NCBI GenBank assembly: GCA_964016885.1
Contig: OZ024740.1
Location: 116,808,001-116,872,000 of the forward strand
Direction of reading: 5' to 3'
DNA length: 64,000 bases
DNA from: Eledone cirrhosa
Taxonomy: Eukaryota
Shown here: positions 56,001 to 64,000 of the stretch, one piece after another
Layout of the letters: each line of letters opens with the position of its first letter
Numbering within the stretch: position 1 is the first letter of the stretch
Translations under genes and position numbers: made by a program
Notes under the pieces: model-generated
Seen by the model: the letters and a program-made list of their open reading frames with translations, nothing else
The model's database searches: none
What the model was told of the DNA's origin: nothing

Positions 56001-58340
56001 GAAAAGATTTAAATACATATGTAAATATATCAACAAAGGCGAGGACATGGCTGTTGTAGACATTCATGGTGAGGGTACTACAAATGACGAAATTAAGCAG
56101 TACTTAATGGGTCGGTACATTTCGTCCAACATAGTTGCATGGCGGATTTAGGGATTCGAGATTCACCAGTCTTCCCCAGCTGTTATGAATTTGGATGTTC
56201 ACGTCGAGAATGGTCAACGCGTTTACTTCACTGAAGACAGCGCATCCAACGTGATCGAGCAGCCGCCTGAAACGACACTAACGGCTTTTTTCAAGTTATG
56301 CTCCACCGATACCTATGCTGCAACTCTTCTTTATGCGGACGTCCCATCCTTCTTCACATGGTCGAACAAAAAATGGCACAGACGGCGTAGAGGTGTGGTT
56401 GTTGACAATGTGCAAGGTGACGCTATCTTCAGAGGTGAAGCTATTGGACGTGTCTACACAGTCCATCCAAAGGACCAAGAATGTTTTTTTTGCGGATGCT
56501 GCTACACCGCGTCGCTGGGCCAAAATCGTTTGCAGACCTCAGGCTTTTCGACGGAGAAGTCTGCTCTACTTACAGGGACGCGTGCTTGAAGCATGGGATG
56601 TTAGAGGATGATTCTCACTGGAACGTGGCAATGATAGAGGCCGCTGAATGTAGGATACCGCGAGAAATGCGACGTCTTTTTTGCGTCATGTTGATCTTCT
56701 GCAACGTGGGTGAGCCCCTTCAGCTTTGGGAAACATACAAAGACAGCATGTCAGAGAATTTCCTTCGATGACTGCAAGCTGAGGATCCTTCAGGAGTTTT
56801 CGCATGCAACGATGCCATCTACAATGAGGCTCTCCTCGATCTGGAAAGTCGGCTGCAATCAATGGCAGCGGTTGGTGTAGTAGATTTCGGCTTGCCTCAA
56901 CCACGGAACCGTCCAAATGCTTTATCTGCTGAGTACATGCGGGAATTGAACTACAGACCAAATGGCAGCCCAAGTAGCTCAGGATGAGACCCGACTTTTG
57001 GACGACCAGAGACAAGCATACCATAGGATCCTTTCCAGCATTGACTCTTACGAGGGAAAAATGTTTTTTTGGGATGCTCCTGGCGGCACTGGAAAAACCT
57101 TCCTCATCAACCTGCTGCTGGCTAAGCTGAGACAAGACAACCTCATTGTCTTAGCAGTTGCATCCAGTGGTATTGCGGCAACCCTGCTACATGGCAGTAA
57201 AACGGCACATTCAGCCTTCAAACTACCACTGGGCTTGGCGAAAAAAGAAACTCCAACCTGCAACATAAGTTGAGGATCGGCAAAAGGCAATCTACTCGCA
57301 GAGTGCTGCATCATCATTTGGGACGAGGCAACCATGAGTCATAAAAATGCTTTTGAAGCTCTTGATCGTACTCTTCAAGACTTACGGCGCAATACTCGGG
57401 TGATGGGCGGTACGACAGATCTACTGGCTGTTGATTTCCGGCAGACTCTTCCTGTCATCCCGAAAGGGACAAGTGCAGACGAGATCAACGCTTCAATAAA
57501 GTCGTCATATCTCTGACATCATATTGAAAAACTTCATCTGACTACCAATATGAGAGTTCAGGTACATGGCGATCAAGATTGTTTAACTTCTTGATGTCGG
57601 CAATGGACATATAGATGCAGATGCTGAAGGGCATATCCGTCTTCCGTTTGGAAACTACGTGTCTGATGTGGTCGAACTAATGGAGTCTGTGTTTCCTGAC
57701 ATTGAAAATCGGTTTCGTGACCACAACTGGCTTAGAGAGAGGGCTATTTTGGCACCACACAATGTGACAGTTGACGAAATCAACAAGAAACTCATCGATT
57801 GGCTTCCAGGGAATACAGTTTCATTTAAGTCTATTGACACCAACAAAAATGCTGAGGATTCCACAATGTTTACCATTGAATTCCTCAACAGTCAAACACC
57901 TCCTGGACTTCCGCCTCACGACCTGCAGCTAAAAGTTGGTGCGCCGGTTATGATGCTAAGGAACTTGGACTCTTCAACAATGTGCAACGGAACACGAATG
58001 ATCATCAAATCGTTAAAGTCCAAAATTCTGGTTGCGACAATCTTGAACGGACCAGCTGCCGGCACAGACGTTCTAATTCCTCCAGTAAAACTCAGTCCAT
58101 CTGATGTCGTCAACGAATTTACGCGATTGCAATATCCCATCAAACTCAGCTTTGCCATGACCATCAACAAGGCACAGGGACAATCGATGCAAGTGGTTGG
58201 ACTGAATCTGAGTGAACAGGCATTCTCACATGGCCAACTGTACGTTGGATGTTCCCGAGTAGGAAGTCCGCGGAGACTCTTCATTCACTCAACAAAAAGA
58301 GAAGTTAAGAATGTTGTCTACCAAGAATGCTCTTCATTGC
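53027..58340 (+). pseudogene. Helitron Rep/Helicase pseudogene (exon 53027-53107, intron 53108-53200, long exon from 53201)
   Basis: MPKRK start, in-frame GT-AG intron, C2-type zinc motif, PDLFITFTCNP, VEWQKRGLPHAHILI (HUH), KYICKYINKG, DAPGGTGKT, IIWDE, FAMTINKAQGQS, FSHGQLYVGCSRV. Multiple stops and frameshifts. Confidence 0.92.
53201..54090 (+). repeat. 69-bp coding tandem repeat (~13 units) encoding 23-aa STPR-like repeats
   Basis: Unit ESAEARQARLAD(M/K)R(G/S)RNERSLLE; period 69 nt (ATG at 53366, 53435, 53504). Confidence 0.85.
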
Positions 58341-59294
58341 CAGCCTCTTTTCCGTGCCATAGATGGTTCGACTTCATGTTGATCTTCGCTTCTGTGCCAG
58401 CCCCATTTTAATTGAAAGGAAGGCAAATAAATGCACGTAAGTTTGTGATTATTAATTTGGTTGATTTTTATATTTGTTTTTGTTTGTGTTTTGTCTTTTT
58501 GGATTTCAATTTTTTTCTTTCTTTTGGGTTTTCATATTACTGTGTTCAACCTTATTTGACAGTAAATTTATTAGGATTTCGGTTTGTTATTCTTAATATT
58601 CTTTTGTTTTTCGTGTTCCCTTTTTGTGATTTTTGTTGGTTTCTTGGTTGAGAAAAGAAGTTGAATTCTTATCAGTGAACCAAATCTCCCGGGTAAAACC
58701 GGGTTAAACAGATTTTCATTTCTAAATTCTATTATCATTACAACTTTGACATATTTTATATAAAATGAATATGAGAAAAAAAAAACATCTTCATATTTAT
58801 TGTTTACTAATCTGAATAAAAACAGCGGTAACCCGGGCAACGCCGGGTCATTTAGCTAGTATATATATAAGATTCTTATAAATAATATAACCCTGAGTAC
58901 ACAAAATGTGAGTAGAGGTATTTGCAAGGTGCCGCATTTTTTGTACGACAGGCAAGTGGGTTAACCACTACTCTAAACAGCATCTGGGCCTCCAATTCGT
59001 TATTTTTAGAAGATTTCAAGCCTGTTGCTAGAAACGTAAAAAAAATGCCGTTGGTTTATGAAATACTGGAAACATTTGAAAATAGAAATGTCTGCGTCCC
59101 AAAGCCTATAATAATAGGCGATCAGCATATATAATAGTTGGAAACGTCGGATAAACTACACCTGGTGATGTACATATTTCAATTTTTGAATGTTCCCATA
59201 TATATATATACGTGAATATCAATATAATAAAACACAAGAAATTTGTGTCTGAGCAGTGGTTATTCAAATCTCTCCCTGCCTCCCAAATAGTTCT

Positions 59295-59295
<1 letters not shown>

Positions 59296-59357
<62 letters not shown>

Positions 59358-59373
59358 CACCACCACCACCACC

Positions 59374-59436
<63 letters not shown>

Positions 59437-59440
59437 GCTG
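59296..59440 (+). repeat. Compound (TAC)n(CAC)n(TAC)n microsatellite
   Basis: Read directly from the sequence. Confidence 0.95.
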
Positions 59441-60560
59441 CTGCTGATGCTACTACTGCTGTTGATACTGCTGGTAGTACCAAGAAGAAGAAGAAGAAGA
59501 AGAAGGTAGATTGAAGTTAAGAAACTTCAAGGAGATTTGCAGCGTCTTCGCATATAGTGTTCTAATCAAGAAATTATTTATTGTTACGGGCACTATGCTA
59601 ATACACATATATTACGCGATTACAATTTTTATTTATACATTTATTTATATGTATTCACTAATATACACACAAGTGTAAATATAATAAGAACGATGTAGAT
59701 CCAGAAAAAAAATCAGACACATACGTGCATAAAAAATATCAGACACATATACATACATAAACACATAACTACGAACGTAAGTACATACATATAAAAACAT
59801 ACATTTACATATATAAGTTCATATACACATACATGTGTAAGCATACATACATACACACGTATTTACGTACAAATATGTATGTGAATATGTGTGTGTGTGT
59901 GTGTATGTAAGTATGCTTGTATGTATGTATGTATGTATGCATGCACATGTATATATCATAAATGTATACACACATACATACATACATACATACATACATA
60001 CATACATACATACATACATACATACATACATACATACATACACATTTTCAGATGCGGCGCAATTTTTCGAGGACGTCTTGTATGTCGTGTAAGAACGGCA
60101 AATAAACATCACCGCTGGTTTCTAGATGCAGAGCTATCAAATGGCATCAAATGAACTGAAGCATGCTGAGTTGCTGTTGAAACAGTGAGTCAATTTGAAC
60201 CACAGATGAGCAACGCAAGAACAACGTAACAAATTGAAATCAAGATGAATTAGAAAGAAAGAGGGACACTGGAGCAAAGAAAGAGAGTTTGTGAGCGAGT
60301 GAGTAAGAGCGTAAGTGAGAGAGAGAGTAAGAGTGAGAGAGAGAGAGAGTGAGAGCGTTGTGGGAGATGGATGGATGGGAGAGAGATATGGGTATAGAAA
60401 GGGAGTCAGAAGAGATAGATAGAAGAGGGAGAACAGGGTAGAATGTGTAAAATAAACAGAAATTCAGCTAGTGTCGTTGAGCATTCATTAATACATTATA
60501 TATATATGTGTGTGTTTATGTATGTATGTATGTATGTATGTATGTATGTATGTATGTATG

Positions 60561-60594
<34 letters not shown>

Positions 60595-61721
60595 TGTATG
60601 TATGTATGTATGTATATATGTGTGCGTACGTGTATGCGTGTGTGTGTATGTGTGTGCATATGTGTATGTGCGTATGTGTGTGGATATAATATATATACAC
60701 AGTATATTTAATGATGAGGAATAGGGATAGGTGAAAATAGATATATTGATAGATACCGAGAGAGTGAGAGAGAGCGTATGTGTATGTGTCTGTCTGTATT
60801 TGTGTGTTTGTGCGTGATTGTGTGTGAGTGTGTGCATGTATGTGTGAGTGTGCGTGTATGTGGGGGGAGCAGAATATCATTGAATAAGCAAGAAATCTAA
60901 AAATAACAAGAAAGACACATATGCAAACAAACTAAAACAAAACAAAATAGACCCAAAACAAAAGAAAACAAAAAATACGAAGCAGAAGAAAGATATTAAA
61001 GAAGTAAAAACAACAAAACACCCCCACCCCACCATCCCCACCTCCACCACCACCGCCAACAATAACAACAACAACAAGAACAAAAAGCAGCAAAATTACT
61101 ACAACCTCCACCAACAACAAAAAAGAATCAAGACCACCACCGCCACTACCACCATCCACAACAACAATAACTCCCCTCCCTACACACACCAACAACAACA
61201 ACAATAATAACAAAGAATGCTCCCTTCAGACGCGGTAGTTTTTGCATAACCGGATGTATTGGTGTTCTTCTCTGTTTGCACAAGCCTTCGGTCGCCACTT
61301 ATACAAACAAGGATTAGTTTATTCATGCAATCTATTACCAAATACCACACACAATTCGAACCCACAACGCTTCTACATACAAGCCATAATGAAATAAAAC
61401 CGCCTGCAAAAAAAATTATCTATACATTTGTATGTTTTTGTTGTTGTTGTAAGTAAATTGAAGGCGCGTGGCCTAGTGGTTAGAGTTTTCGGCTCTAAAT
61501 TCGATTCTTGATGGCACGTTGTCTCACACGTGCTGTGTCATCCTAAATATATCTGGTAACTACTTTAAGGATACACATCTGAGGGTTATAACTATGTAAT
61601 CAATTCCTAGACATGTTGGTTTCAAGAGCTGGCCGTTTCGATGTTCGAACGACTGGAACAGTCTTCGTCGGAACCGATGGAGGTCCAACACGCATACAAA
61701 CACACATAATTGTTGTATAAT

Positions 61722-61910
61722 AGTTGTTTCTACTTTTGGCACACAAGACCAGCAATTATCCCAGTGCATTACGGGTGCTTTATTTTATTGACCCCGTAAG
61801 GATGAAAGGCAAAGTTGTCCTCGGCGGGATTTAAACTCAGACCGTAAATTGCCGTAACTCTATGCTGCAAAGCATGGCTTCCAGCCCTCTACCGATACTG
61901 CCAATCTACC
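61722..61910 (-). mobile_element. SINE family S
   Basis: Reverse-complement match to 23968-24152. Confidence 0.85.
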
Positions 61911-62577
61911 GCCCTTGTATTAATAGTAATAGTTATTGTTTATTGGTTTGCTTTACGAGGTCATCCTTGATCAAGCAGATCTGTAACGAAAGGCATTCAA
62001 GCTGTGGCTACACAATCTGTTGTTTAGACATGTTTCTAGGACTACATTATATATACTATCGGGTGCAGACCTGGATGAATGATAAGAAGTTCGTTCCGCA
62101 ATCACGATGTTCCGGGTTCGATCACGTTCTGCTTCGCTGAGTTGACCAGGATTAACAAGAACAAAAATAATCTTTTTTTCTTTATTTTTATCCTCCCCAT
62201 CTTCCTTTTCCGGAGGAAATAATAATTTCTTACTCAAAGAGATTTTAAACGATGAGAATATGTGACGTTCATGCCTTTTCTAAGTACATTGACGCTGTAA
62301 TGTGAAATGAAATATCTGCAACCGTGAATCGAAAATGATGTGATGGAACCGGTAAAACAGCGACATCTAATTTACATTTCAAATTCAAATGCTACTAAGG
62401 CTGACTTCGTTTTTTATTTTCCCCACAGAATTAATAAAATACTAGACCACCCGTGACCCGTTGGGTCATTTCACTTAAACATATTTAAAAAAAAAATCAT
62501 GTTCACTTAAAAATAATTTTTAAATAATTAAAATATACACAGACATGTATATAATGTAAAATGCAATTGGAATGTCC

Positions 62578-62665
<88 letters not shown>

Positions 62666-62754
62666 GTATGTATATATATATGGTGGTGGGGGGCTCAATC
62701 ACCAAACTTTAGTTAGATACAGTAATGCTGTATTCGGTTCTTTGAATAAAGAGC

Positions 62755-63260
62755 GTCAGAGAATTTGTTGTTTTAGTGAGAGAGAGGGTATTGTGAGAGA
62801 GAATGAGGTATGTATTGGAATATAGAGAGCGGGAGAGAATTTGTTGGTTTAGTGAGATAGAGGAAATTAAGAAAGTGAAAGAAAGTGAGGTATGTAGTGG
62901 AATATAGAGAGGGGGAGAGAATGTGTTGCTTTAGTGAGAGAGAGGGAATTGTGAGAGAGAGTGAGGTATGTAGCGTGATATATAGAGTGGTAGTGAAATT
63001 GGTAGACTAGTGAGACAGGGGTGGGGGGGGCGTTAAGAGAGTGAGAGAGAGTGAGTTATTTAAGAGAGGGGGAGAGTGAGAGGGAGAGTGAGGTATGTAG
63101 TGGGATATAGAGAGCGGAAGAGAATTTGTTGGTTTAGTGAGAGAGGGTGAATTAAGAAAGTGAAAGAGAGTGAGATATGTAGTGGAATATAGAGAGGGAG
63201 AGAGTGTGTTGGTTGAATGAGAGAGGGTAAATTAAGAGAGTGAGAGAGAGTGAGGTATTT
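62755..63260 (+). repeat. Degenerate purine-rich minisatellite (~70-80-bp units)
   Basis: Recurring AGAGAATTTGTTGGTTTAGTGAGA..GTGAGGTATGTAGTGGAATATAGAG. Confidence 0.75.
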
Positions 63261-63775
63261 CACGAGTTGGTTGTTCCGTTGATAAGTATCAACTGGAACA
63301 CTCGTCGCCGTAACCGACGGAGTGACTTGTGATTTTTGGTTATCGCGTTGAGCTCTACTGAGGAACGACTCCAACCGTGACTATTCCCACTGAAAAGTTT
63401 CGTGAAATAGTCTTTTTAAGACTATATAGAGCATTTGTAGTTTTTCCAAATTGAACTTTATGTTATTCTGAGTTAAGACTCTATTGGTTTTTTCCCTGGA
63501 TTTCACAAAATCTGTGGATAAAATCTCTGTCTTGATTTTTTTTTTAATTGAGTTTGAATTATTTTCCCATATCTTACGTTAATTATTTTCCATTTTGACG
63601 TTATAGTCACTTATATATTATGAAATGCTGTTGGCTTCTAGCTCACATTAATTTCTCTATTTTCATTTATATATATATATATATATATGTGTGTGTATGT
63701 GTGTGTGTTTATATATATGTGTATGGCTGTGTGTGTTCATATATGTGTGTGTCTGTATCTCTCTCTATATATATA

Positions 63776-63848
63776 CAGGGTGTCGAAAGAAATGTATACA
63801 CAGATTAGAATTCTGTTGAAGCGTGTATACATTTTTGGAGACACCCTG
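63776..63848. mobile_element. 73-bp Tc1/mariner-type MITE with TA TSD
   Basis: TA|CAGGGTGTC..AAATGTATACAC ... GTGTATACATTTTT..GACACCCTG|TA. Confidence 0.8.
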
Positions 63849-63887
63849 TATATATATATATGTGAGTGTGTATGTATATAAGGTTTT

Positions 63888-63957
63888 ATCTGTATCGATC
63901 TAGCCCGACTCTGGATATATATATATATATCCAGAGTCGGGCTAGATCGATACAGAT
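63888..63957. repeat. Perfect palindrome centred on (AT)8
   Basis: atctgtatcgatctagcccgactctgg-(AT)8-ccagagtcgggctagatcgatacagat. Confidence 0.9.
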
Positions 63958-64000
63958 CGAACCTTGAGCTGATCAATAGCAAATCGCACGTCACTATTCA

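Larger units (their letters stand above)
51953..58859 (+). mobile_element. Helitron of autonomous type, decayed
   Basis: 5' TC, 3' hairpin ACCCGGGCAACGCCGGGT then CTAG|T, internal RepHel coding region. Confidence 0.93.

Overview
Eukaryotic, microsatellite-saturated DNA: (TA)n, (CA)n, (GA)n, (TATG)n, (TATC)n. Repeat style, SINE families and a protostome-type 28S fragment suggest a cephalopod such as Octopus (inference). Nearly all listed ORFs are microsatellite artefacts. The only host coding sequence I recognise is the last coding exon of a Mox/Meox-class homeobox gene (9519-9752, minus strand); its upstream exon is not visible, so most of the window is probably one very large intron. The rest is mobile DNA: a decayed ~6.9 kb Helitron (intron, STPR-like repeats, HUH Rep, PIF1 helicase) joined head-to-tail to a short relative, Penelope-like element (PLE) fragments, R4/Dong-, Tx1- and RTE-type LINE fragments, tRNA-derived SINEs, hAT and Tc1/mariner MITEs, and a 28S rRNA retro-fragment. 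The most notable signal is a dense population of minimal hammerhead ribozyme (HHR) motifs, about nine complete-looking and several decayed. They sit in short non-coding PLE-like elements beside (TA)n arrays; many carry fold-back inverted repeats that turn inside the ribozyme, and many share a subterminal ACTC...GAGTRC motif. All alignments and folds were done by eye; element boundaries are approximate.
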